64,000 nucleotides of DNA from a virus. The position numbers and the translations under genes were made by a program. The stretch is from positions 11,563 to 75,562 of IMG/VR virus record IMGVR_UViG_3300025087_000053; one strand, written 5' to 3'. Shown piece after piece: positions 56,299 through 64,000 of this stretch (position 1 is its first letter; each line of letters starts with the position of its first letter). A model generated the notes under the pieces. It saw only the letters and a program-made list of their open reading frames with translations, made no database searches and had not been told where the DNA came from.

Positions 56299-56755
56299 AT
56301 TTTGCCGCTATCTCTAGTTTATAATCTGTCTGTCCAAACAGTTGCTTTGGTTCAGACAGGGATACGATCTCATAATAATTGTCACCATACTCAAGAAAGT
56401 CCCCAACACGAACAAATATATTTTGGTCTTCTGTCAATCTCCTCTTGTGGAAATGTACAGTTACTTTTGTTCGTCTTTCTGGGCCAAATTCGTCTTCTCC
56501 TGTATAGCCTGGATCTTCCCATTCCAACAAAACAAATACTCGAACAGGAGGAAGGAATGTTTTATTTATTGCCTCGCCATAAAGCGGATGAAAGTCTGTT
56601 CTTTCAACATCTATGGCATAATACAAACACGCCTGGCCCAACATCTTCTCCATTATTTCGTTGGTTAATTGACGTTGGAAGTTTCTTTCCTTCTCGCCAA
56701 AAAACAACGGAGGCGGAGCTTGAGGGACGGACCATTTGTTATCTTTTTGAGACAT
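56261..56755 (-). CDS. Neck / head-closure protein (gp14-like)
   Basis: HPLYGEA..K, VRVGDF.EYG..YYEI, KQLFGQ. Confidence 0.75.
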   Translation of the reverse strand: MSQKDNKWSVPQAPPPLFFGEKERNFQRQLTNEIMEKMLGQACLYYAIDVERTDFHPLYGEAINKTFLPPVRVFVLLEWEDPGYTGEDEFGPERRTKVTVHFHKRRLTEDQNIFVRVGDFLEYGDNYYEIVSLSEPKQLFGQTDYKLEIAAKCVRARSGVFNAK

Positions 56756-56767
56756 TATTGTTCTTCT

Positions 56768-58021
56768 TTACCCCATGAAAATAAGAGTCGGAACTTTGGA
56801 CAACGAATTCTGCAGATCATCGTGAGCTTTGGAATCCTTCTCGCTAAGAGCCGCATAATCCGTTTCTTCAAGAACCTTCAACAACTCTTCTTTTAGTTTT
56901 TCTTTCTCTTGCTGAGCTGCCGACAATAAAGCCTCTCCATTAAGAGTTATACTATCTCCCGGAATAGGAATTGCCGACATCTTGCTTCTAACATATCCAA
57001 GAGTTTCTTTGCTCAAAGCAAGAGCATAATTTCTAATCCACATCTTGCCCATAGAGTTAATATTTTCATATGGTATGTTGGCAAACGGCATGGTGTTGAT
57101 GTTGTTCACACCATCTATTTCTTTCTGTGTTGCGGAATCTGCGCTAGCCCAAGGAGCATTATCTTCTGGAACTATAAACTCAAACCACATCTTTGTAGGA
57201 GAAGATGTTGTAGGAATAGGGAACAAACGAACTTTATTATTTCTTATCTCGTAAGAATAGTGTGAAGTTCTGTTCCACAATCTATCTTCCAAAGACATCA
57301 CTCTTAATTTCATTTCCCAAGAAGGCATAATTTCAAAAGATGTCTCGCTTGAATAGTTGTTATAAGACATGAACCCAGCAACGGTATTTAAACCGCCATA
57401 AATGCCGTATAACGACCAGTTGGCCATACCTGTTTGATAATGAATTTTCTTGATAAATACTCTTTTGTCTCCGACAGTCCCACTAAAGTCCGCCGATGCT
57501 TCTAAGATTGCCTGAAGATCATAATCCTGTTGTCCAGCAACAATGTCAATAGAAGCAGAATAAACAGTTTTGTAACCCCCAATGCCAACCATCTCCGAAA
57601 ACATCTTTGACATACTGTTGAGATAGCCAAAGTTGTATTTAATGTACTTTAGACTTGAGCTGGCTGGGGCCCCACCAGAGCCCGTAACCTCTCCCATATG
57701 GTCAAAAGAAGCTGTCGCCCCGCCCAGAGCAGAACCCAATGTGCTTCTGGCCTGATAAAGATTAACAAGATAAGAATATTCTAAACAAGACTCTTCATAA
57801 GCTGCGAATACCGAATATTTATCAATTTCCAAATCGAGTGTGTTGCCGCCCATCCTTTGAAAGGTAAAAGCCACCTGAGAGGCAGCCCCTCTCTTGAACT
57901 CATCGCTTGAATAAACCCCAAAGGGCAGTGGATGTGTTACGGTATTAACGTCCGTATAAGATGCTGTTTCTGGTAAAACAACAGAACTTACGGAGCTTGT
58001 GGGATACAAATTTGTGGTCAT
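56768..58021 (-). CDS. Neck / head-tail adaptor protein (gp13-like)
   Basis: WIRNYALALSKETLG.VRSK..IPIPG..ITLNG..L. Confidence 0.8.
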   Translation of the reverse strand: MTTNLYPTSSVSSVVLPETASYTDVNTVTHPLPFGVYSSDEFKRGAASQVAFTFQRMGGNTLDLEIDKYSVFAAYEESCLEYSYLVNLYQARSTLGSALGGATASFDHMGEVTGSGGAPASSSLKYIKYNFGYLNSMSKMFSEMVGIGGYKTVYSASIDIVAGQQDYDLQAILEASADFSGTVGDKRVFIKKIHYQTGMANWSLYGIYGGLNTVAGFMSYNNYSSETSFEIMPSWEMKLRVMSLEDRLWNRTSHYSYEIRNNKVRLFPIPTTSSPTKMWFEFIVPEDNAPWASADSATQKEIDGVNNINTMPFANIPYENINSMGKMWIRNYALALSKETLGYVRSKMSAIPIPGDSITLNGEALLSAAQQEKEKLKEELLKVLEETDYAALSEKDSKAHDDLQNSLSKVPTLIFMG

Positions 58022-58055
58022 TTACAAAGACCTCCAAGAGACACTTCGTTCATAA

Positions 58056-58063
58056 TAAATAGT
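58056..58063 (-). promoter_or_regulatory. Putative late promoter motif ACTATTTA
   Basis: Upstream of the neck operon. Confidence 0.55.
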
Positions 58064-58106
58064 TAGTTTCGCAAAGGATTTCGACAAGAAGACAATAAAA
58101 AAGAAG

Positions 58107-58129
58107 AAAGCCGCATTAATCGCGGCTTT
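58107..58129 (-). terminator. Intrinsic terminator
   Basis: AAAGCCGC-gattaat-GCGGCTTT followed by a U-rich run on the minus strand. Confidence 0.75.
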
Positions 58130-58257
58130 CAAGGGAGAGGTGGGAAAGGGTTTAGAGGATTGCCTTTTTTCGATCTGGCTCAGAACGAACGCTGTAAAAG
58201 GCTGTTTACTTAATTATTTCCTCTCCTCTCCGGTGGGATGTTTACAACGTCCTCATT

Positions 58258-58671
58258 CTAACTAGAGAGCACCTTCAGTTTTTTCGTCTTTTTTGCCTCA
58301 TTCTTCGGGATAACCAGCTTTAAAATGCCATAATTATATGAAATTTCTGCCTTTTCTAAATCATAAATATTTTCTGTGTCGTAGTAAGATGTTTCCAACT
58401 TTGTGGAAAGATTAGAAATCGGTTTTTCTCCAGGATCTGCCTTAATTATCATCTGGTTCCCTCGAACCTCCACGGAAATATCCTCTTCCCGAAGGCCGGG
58501 AACAGCATATTCAAGAATTTTCTTGTCCGCTTCTTCTTTTGTGAAATAATCTTTGTACTCTTGGACCTTTTGAAAGGACCACTGTACTGGAGCGTCAAAT
58601 AGTTCATCTTTAAACACAGGCCAAAAGTAATTCATAGGATCCATTAGTTTCATTAGTGAGTTGTTTTTCAT
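58258..58671 (-). CDS. Small heat shock protein (Hsp20)
   Basis: VPGLREEDISVEV...YNYGILKLVIPK; GGAGG RBS before MKNNS. Confidence 0.9.
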   Translation of the reverse strand: MKNNSLMKLMDPMNYFWPVFKDELFDAPVQWSFQKVQEYKDYFTKEEADKKILEYAVPGLREEDISVEVRGNQMIIKADPGEKPISNLSTKLETSYYDTENIYDLEKAEISYNYGILKLVIPKNEAKKTKKLKVLSS

Positions 58672-58748
58672 AGTTTTATCCTCCGTAGGTTTAGCCTTTT
58701 CAAGGCAACGGAAAGATAAACATAAAATTTTGATTGTCAAGCAAGAAA

Positions 58749-59273
58749 TTAACGAACAAACCCAAATCTCTTTAAAAATTCTCTTTCTTTCTGCAATTCC
58801 TCTTCTGCTAACTGAGAAAAAGACACCAAGCAAGAGGGGAACGGAGCCCCCGTCTTCATCTGAACCCCATCCACAACAAACTTAATCCTTCCTGAAATAA
58901 AACAAATGTGCTTTGCGTGCTCAAACACCTTCTTAAAAGCTTTTGTGTCTGTTCTTGCTGGAGTAAGCATTAGAACTCGATAACATCTTTTATTTACGAC
59001 TTCATCAATTGATTTTTCTACCCACTTCTTTAATTGGCTATAAGGAGGATTTACGAAAACCTCATGCCCTTCCCAAGGAAATTCTAGTCCATTTGTTCCG
59101 TTTTTTGTACAATACAAAGAACATTTTGCATTTTCTGATGTTGCACAAGGATCAAGAGAAAATCCATAAAACTCATCCAAATTGGCAAACATCTCATCAG
59201 GAGTTCCATATTCGTCGTTTTTATGCGAATGAACTAGTTTTTTTGTTCTCTTGTCCATTTTATACCTCTTCAA
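58749..59273 (-). CDS. Phage DNA N6-adenine methyltransferase (Dam-like)
   Basis: YGTP, FSLDPCA, FVNPPYS, PARTDT, GRIKF, APFPS. Confidence 0.92.
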   Translation of the reverse strand: MKRYKMDKRTKKLVHSHKNDEYGTPDEMFANLDEFYGFSLDPCATSENAKCSLYCTKNGTNGLEFPWEGHEVFVNPPYSQLKKWVEKSIDEVVNKRCYRVLMLTPARTDTKAFKKVFEHAKHICFISGRIKFVVDGVQMKTGAPFPSCLVSFSQLAEEELQKEREFLKRFGFVR

Positions 59274-59613
59274 TTTCGTCTTCTGTCAAGACGATAAAAA
59301 CTTCTTTATCTCCGGATTTAAACTTTACCGTAAAAAGAAACTTTCCGTCCCCGTAGTCCTGCCCAACAACTACGCCATATCCGTTTAGAATTTCTTCTCG
59401 AAACGGAAGATAACAAAGATTATTAAATTTTGTTATTTGAACGTTTTTCGTCTTTACAACAGCATCCAGCTTAATCGGACAGAACCTGCTGAATAAGGCG
59501 TCGGCATAATCTTGAACTTTTTTCAAATCGTAACGTAATACACCGAGAGTTCTTAGTTTTTCGTGCGTTTCTACAAGTTCATTTAGTTTTACGAAAGAAG
59601 GATTATTTACCAT
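59260..59613 (-). CDS. Hypothetical protein
   Basis: Coupled ORF. Confidence 0.6.
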   Translation of the reverse strand: MVNNPSFVKLNELVETHEKLRTLGVLRYDLKKVQDYADALFSRFCPIKLDAVVKTKNVQITKFNNLCYLPFREEILNGYGVVVGQDYGDGKFLFTVKFKSGDKEVFIVLTEDEIEEV

Positions 59614-60151
59614 AAATCGTGTTCTGCCTTTCTGTTAGTTTTATAAAAACCTCGTCAAAAGACACAGGTTTAAAACCATTCGAATCGACCCCAGCATGAT
59701 ACCTCAAAAGGCTGGCATCTGCAACAAGTTCTTTGTGTGTGTGGCCATAAAGGTGCCAAGACTTAAAATAATAACTCTCCCACTCTTCCATCGGATAATG
59801 GAAAAGAATAACTTTCCTAGTTTTGCCTTGACTTGCAAAGTCTCTTGCCAAATATGGCTGAACAGAAAGAAATTGATAAAAAAAGTTGTGGTCCTTAATC
59901 AAACGTCTATCATGATTCCCGATAATTAAATGTTTCTTGCCGTTCAGCCTACCGATGATTGACAATGCTTGTTGAACACCACAGAAGCCAAAGTCCCCAA
60001 GATGAAAAATATTATCTTCTGTTCCTACAACAGAATTCCAGTTTTCTATAAGCTTCTCGTTCATTTCTTCTATCGAAGAAAAAGGACGGCCTTTTCCTAG
60101 ATGCAAGATGTTTCTGTGCCAAAAGTGGGTATCGGAGGTAAAGAAGTCCAT
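59603..60151 (-). CDS. Calcineurin-like metallophosphoesterase
   Basis: FTSDTHF.H, HLGDF, GNHD, HYP, GHTH. Confidence 0.92.
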   Translation of the reverse strand: MDFFTSDTHFWHRNILHLGKGRPFSSIEEMNEKLIENWNSVVGTEDNIFHLGDFGFCGVQQALSIIGRLNGKKHLIIGNHDRRLIKDHNFFYQFLSVQPYLARDFASQGKTRKVILFHYPMEEWESYYFKSWHLYGHTHKELVADASLLRYHAGVDSNGFKPVSFDEVFIKLTERQNTIYGK

Positions 60152-60161
60152 TAAGCATTTC

Positions 60162-60623
60162 CTACTTATTGTGGATTGGGAACCTCTGGAAATAAGAGGC
60201 CCAAATCTCCCTCGCACAATTCACGCGCCCGGTTCTCTCGGGAAGAGCCTTCTGGAGGGCTCGACGAAGGGAATACTTTCGACCCTTGTTCTTGTCGAAG
60301 TTGTCCCAAGCCACGCACATCGCCTTCCCCTCGCCAAAGGGAGTCTCAGTGTTGTCCGAGCCCACAAGAAACACCTGGCACTCCGTAGAACCGCCATGAT
60401 TTCGAGTCTTCTCCACCACCTGCCCCGTCTTGGGGTCTGGCGACTCATACTTCTCGAACACCCGATTGTGCTTCCACAGAATACGAATCTTCTCACCAGT
60501 GCTCAGCATCACATCCAGCATCTTCCTTCTCCTTGTTTCCGCAACTGTTTGTTTTTCGTAACCAACTACAGAAAGGTTAACAAACTTAAGGGATTTTGTC
60601 AAGCTCAATCTTACATCCAACAT
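60162..60623 (-). CDS. Hypothetical protein
   Basis: A.C..WDNFDKNKGRK.SL.RAL motif; probable start MLDVM after promoter. Confidence 0.65.
   Translation of the reverse strand: MLDVRLSLTKSLKFVNLSVVGYEKQTVAETRRRKMLDVMLSTGEKIRILWKHNRVFEKYESPDPKTGQVVEKTRNHGGSTECQVFLVGSDNTETPFGEGKAMCVAWDNFDKNKGRKYSLRRALQKALPERTGRVNCAREIWASYFQRFPIHNK
60574..60602 (-). promoter_or_regulatory. Sigma70-type promoter
   Basis: TTGACA-17-(TGt)TAACCT. Confidence 0.65.
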
Positions 60624-60987
60624 CTCTTAAAAGCCTCACGACCTCAACATGGCCGTTTTTCGAAGCCAATTGGATAGCCTGATTCTCATAGGCCGTTGGG
60701 TCGACCCTCTTGTCGGAAAGAAGAATCTTCACGACATCAACATGGCCGTTTTCCGAAGCCCATCGGATGGCATAATTATCAAAAACCACCGGATTAACCC
60801 TCTTGTCGGAAAGAAGAAATTTCACGACCTCGACAAGACCTTTTCCCGAAGCATATCGGATGGCATAGTTGTTATCGGCCCTTGGATCGAACACCTCCAT
60901 CGACAGAATTAAAGCCGCTTCCTTGTCTTTGCCTTTTTTGCAAAGCTCCCAAAAAAGCCGCTCTCCTCTGTTTTGTTCTCTTCTCAT
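60586..60987 (-). CDS. Ankyrin repeat protein E (3 repeats, unrelated N-terminus)
   Basis: Same 93-bp repeat family. Confidence 0.88.
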   Translation of the reverse strand: MRREQNRGERLFWELCKKGKDKEAALILSMEVFDPRADNNYAIRYASGKGLVEVVKFLLSDKRVNPVVFDNYAIRWASENGHVDVVKILLSDKRVDPTAYENQAIQLASKNGHVEVVRLLRDVGCKIELDKIP

Positions 60988-61005
60988 TTTAAAAAGTTCC
61001 CAAGC

Positions 61006-61188
61006 TCAATCGTTGAGCAGAACTTTCTTTTTTCTCTCTTGCGAGAAATTCTCTCCCTCAATCTCTTTTAGCGACTTTTTAGGACGAAATTCTCCACAAA
61101 AATCACTCGGATCCTTCAATACCTCTGTTGGATATCTTCTGCACCATTGTTCACGATAAAACCAGCAATTATCACAACACTCTTTCAT
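61006..61188 (-). CDS. Small Cys-rich hypothetical protein
   Basis: CCDNC...CRRYP...DFCGEF. Confidence 0.6.
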   Translation of the reverse strand: MKECCDNCWFYREQWCRRYPTEVLKDPSDFCGEFRPKKSLKEIEGENFSQERKKKVLLND

Positions 61189-62444
61189 TGATTTTTCCCC
61201 AGGTTGTTTTCAACAATAATAATCGGCTCTCCCGCAGGAGGACCATAAGACTTGGAATTATTCCAATGATCGTAATTAGCTCTATCCACAACCCAAATCC
61301 TCTTAATGCGAATTGAGTCGGGAACGGGAGCCCCTGTATCCGTCAAAATAAAACAAGCATCATATCCCGATTCAACTGCCCACTTTGAGCAGTTATTAAA
61401 ATCGGTTCCGCCTGCCAAGGCCCGGAACGGCTTAACCTTCTTATTCTTTTCCCATCTAAACAAACTCTTTGTCTCAACCTCAACGTCAAAAGGAACCACA
61501 TCAAACTCCACAAACTTCGCAAGACTATCCAACTCACCAAAGAACATAGAAAGAAGTTCGTCTCCCATCGAACCAGATTGGTCCATCAACACCGCGATTC
61601 TTGCCGTATGTGTAAACTTCTTCCCTGGAAACATATACGGCATTCTCTTATTAATCTTTCTGATAGTCGACTTCTTCTTTGCTCTAACCGCTCCCATAAC
61701 AAGCATTCTCACAACATCTTGCCATCTTACCGAAGAATCAAGGTAATCGTTGATTTCTTTTTGAATTTGCGCCGGGATGGAGCCCCACGAATGGTTAATT
61801 GCGTTCCGCTTTCCCTCTCGCATTGCCTTTTTAATTTCTTGCTCTGCGGCAGAAAGAAGGTCGGGCGGGAAGCCGTCTGGAAACTCTGTGATGTTTCCGT
61901 TCTCGTCAACTCCAAAACAAATATGTGAAATACCCTTGAACTTCTCTAGAATACTTTCCTTATTGGGATCTCTTTGCAGCATTGCATAATATTGCTCTGC
62001 TGTAAGACCAGACGGATAATTTAAGAAGTCCCTCTTTCCTGGGATAACCCAATCGTCCCTCATTTCATCCGCTTGAAGAAAAGAATTCACAGCCAAGTCC
62101 AAGCAAATGTTCCAAATCCTTGGTTCAATCTTCTTTTTTTCTGCGCTTCTGCGCGTAATATGCCCAAGAAGAATATGATAAAATTCATGCTTAAAGACAC
62201 CGATCCTTTGCTTGATTGTAAGCTCATTCATGTAAACATTATTAATCACAAGCGAAGGGCGGCCCGTCTTTTTGTTTAGAGAAACACCAGCCGTTGGAAC
62301 TTCGGCCCAATTGCCTACATATTTATCCACCCCCAAACTAAACCCAGCAAGAAAAGGTTCAGCTTGATAATAATGCCCAAGATCAGTCTTGAGGTTAAAA
62401 AGAGGAACCGGCTTATCTTCGGGAGAATACATTTTAATTCTCAC
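61185..62444 (-). CDS. Metallopeptidase-like (HExxH) + vWA domain protein (DUF2201-type)
   Basis: PTAGV, HEFYHILLGH, WNI..DLAVN, DQSGSM, GGTDF, ILTD. Confidence 0.88.
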   Translation of the reverse strand: MRIKMYSPEDKPVPLFNLKTDLGHYYQAEPFLAGFSLGVDKYVGNWAEVPTAGVSLNKKTGRPSLVINNVYMNELTIKQRIGVFKHEFYHILLGHITRRSAEKKKIEPRIWNICLDLAVNSFLQADEMRDDWVIPGKRDFLNYPSGLTAEQYYAMLQRDPNKESILEKFKGISHICFGVDENGNITEFPDGFPPDLLSAAEQEIKKAMREGKRNAINHSWGSIPAQIQKEINDYLDSSVRWQDVVRMLVMGAVRAKKKSTIRKINKRMPYMFPGKKFTHTARIAVLMDQSGSMGDELLSMFFGELDSLAKFVEFDVVPFDVEVETKSLFRWEKNKKVKPFRALAGGTDFNNCSKWAVESGYDACFILTDTGAPVPDSIRIKRIWVVDRANYDHWNNSKSYGPPAGEPIIIVENNLGKNQ

Positions 62445-63619
62445 TTGATAGCAGAAAGCTCACGACCAAGGACGTACTTCTGATAAATCCTTTGCATCTT
62501 CAACTTTTGACCCTCAATGGTCGCCTCATTGTTCGAAATAGCCTTCGTCAGGTCAAAATTCCACTCGCCTCCAAAAACAACCTCATCCCAGAACTTAAGG
62601 AAGATTTCCGAAGGCATTTCTAGAAGAAGATTGGAAACATTTTCCGCTGTCTTCTGCTTGTTGTTCGCAAACTTCTTGTGCAAAAGCTCTTTGGTAGCTG
62701 GATCCTTCCAACGATCAATATGATTGTTCCACTCGCTAACATTGAACCTTTGAACCTTGCCAAAAGCAACCTTATCACCATTCAGAATATCTTCCGGCTT
62801 AATCACCTTGTTCTTAGCGTCTGCCACCCAATTCTTGAAAGAATTTGCAGCCTCTTCTCCAACGAAACCATTCGAAATAAGAAAAATCTTTGTCAAGTCT
62901 TCTGAATTGTTTTGTAGAGCACTTTCGAGAATCTTGGAGTTCTTAGCAACAACCGTATTCAGACGATCCCACGACCGACGAGAAGGGTAAACCTTCCCCG
63001 GCTTCATGTTCTTGGTAACTTCAAGACACTCGGGGAAATTCTGCACGAATGCAAGGATTTCTGGATGAATCCCACCTCGCTCGCGGCCCCACTCAACCCA
63101 ATCCTCAATGGTCGGATTAAGATCAAACGTCACCCAACGGTCCAAGAAAGCAGGGTCCATGGAGTTAACATTATAATTATTTTCGTTCTCTCCGCCATTA
63201 ACACAAGAAATAAGCACCGTCCTCGGATGAAGAGTATATCCCGCAAGAGTGCGAGAATCACCAAGCTCAAAGTAGCCCTGAGACACCTCAAGTGTCGCAC
63301 GATCAATTTCGTCGATCAACAGAACCGTTGGCTTTGTGCAAGCCTCCATAAACCAATCTGGCGGATAATATTTTGTGGTGTTGTTTGTGCGATCCCTAAA
63401 GGGAAGTCCTAGCTGATCCCCCTCTGTTTGCTGTGAAGCTCGCCGTGTAACAAATCCATATTCCATTTCATTAATGGCATAAAGAAAATTCACAAGTTCC
63501 TTGGCCCACGAACTCTTTCCAACTCCATGCTTTGCACGAAGAAGAATGGGAGGAGGATTATCACAATTGATAATCGGAAGAATGATATTCAGCAGCATCT
63601 TGAAAGAATACTCAATCAT
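62441..63619 (-). CDS. MoxR-like AAA+ ATPase
   Basis: HGVGKS, LLIDEIDRA, MDPAFLDRW, PSRRSW. Confidence 0.9.
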   Translation of the reverse strand: MIEYSFKMLLNIILPIINCDNPPPILLRAKHGVGKSSWAKELVNFLYAINEMEYGFVTRRASQQTEGDQLGLPFRDRTNNTTKYYPPDWFMEACTKPTVLLIDEIDRATLEVSQGYFELGDSRTLAGYTLHPRTVLISCVNGGENENNYNVNSMDPAFLDRWVTFDLNPTIEDWVEWGRERGGIHPEILAFVQNFPECLEVTKNMKPGKVYPSRRSWDRLNTVVAKNSKILESALQNNSEDLTKIFLISNGFVGEEAANSFKNWVADAKNKVIKPEDILNGDKVAFGKVQRFNVSEWNNHIDRWKDPATKELLHKKFANNKQKTAENVSNLLLEMPSEIFLKFWDEVVFGGEWNFDLTKAISNNEATIEGQKLKMQRIYQKYVLGRELSAIK

Positions 63620-63655
63620 TTTATTTTCCTCTTCTTAGAACGCTAAAGTTGAGCA

Positions 63656-63684
63656 ATAGTAACAGATTTTATTCTTTAAGTCAA
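63656..63684 (-). promoter_or_regulatory. Sigma70-type promoter
   Basis: TTGACT-17-(TGt)TACTAT. Confidence 0.7.
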
Positions 63685-64000
63685 GCGGGAAATTTACATC
63701 CGGCATCTTTTAAAAGCTTCACGACCTCAACATGGCCTTTTGCCGAAGCCCATTGGATGGCATAGTTGTTACCGGCCGTTGGATCAACCCTCTTGTCGGA
63801 AAGAAGAATCTTCACGACCTCAACATGGCCTCTTTCCGAAGCCCCTCGGATGGCAAGGTTGTTATAGGCCGTTGGATCAACCCTCTTGTCGGAAAGAAGA
63901 ATCTTCACGACCTCAACATGGCCGTTTCCCGAAGCCCATTGGATGGCACGGTTGTCACCGGCCGTTGGATCAACCCTCTTGTCGGAAAGAAGAATCTTCA
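63681..64000 (-). CDS. Ankyrin repeat protein F (3' part; starts beyond the window)
   Basis: At least three 93-bp repeats, C-terminus KLLKDAGCKFPA. Confidence 0.88.
   Translation of the reverse strand, partial: KILLSDKRVDPTAGDNRAIQWASGNGHVEVVKILLSDKRVDPTAYNNLAIRGASERGHVEVVKILLSDKRVDPTAGNNYAIQWASAKGHVEVVKLLKDAGCKFPA

Noticed and set aside
1-64000. Alternative genetic code (stop-codon reassignment)
   Set aside because: Conserved genes are full length and densely packed under the standard code; the dnaE break is explained by the intein and changes frame

Overview
This 64 kb window is part of a large, AT-rich myovirus-type (probably jumbo) bacteriophage, with almost all genes on the minus strand. 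From left to right it carries: (1) an accessory region with a Thg1-like gene, a J-domain/kinase + vWA + divergent PurA module, an eroded tRNA locus and ankyrin genes; (2) chaperone and lysis genes (GroEL, GroES-like, ClpP, amidase); (3) replication and nucleotide metabolism genes (split DnaE, dUTPase, ThyX, class II RNR, helicase, 5'-3' exonuclease, RecA, SSB, PolA-like); (4) a contractile tail and neck module; (5) Hsp20, an adenine methylase, a phosphoesterase and a MoxR/vWA pair. Main findings: (a) an IS607-type TnpB family with two full 1387-bp copies (intact RuvC triad) and three promoter+omegaRNA-only mini-cassettes, giving five different guides, one antisense to a tRNA-Arg 5' end; (b) six dispersed loci of 93-bp ankyrin repeats with a nearly invariant DNA scaffold and combinatorial, almost purely non-synonymous variation, with evidence of inter-locus shuffling; (c) DnaE split inside its PDID/xDF catalytic motif by an apparent natural split intein whose C-fragment is only 20 aa; (d) a PurA homologue with a remodelled aspartate-binding loop; (e) a D-armless tRNA-like RNA nested between two tRNA-Arg halves. 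All protein assignments come from motif recognition by eye; no searches were run.
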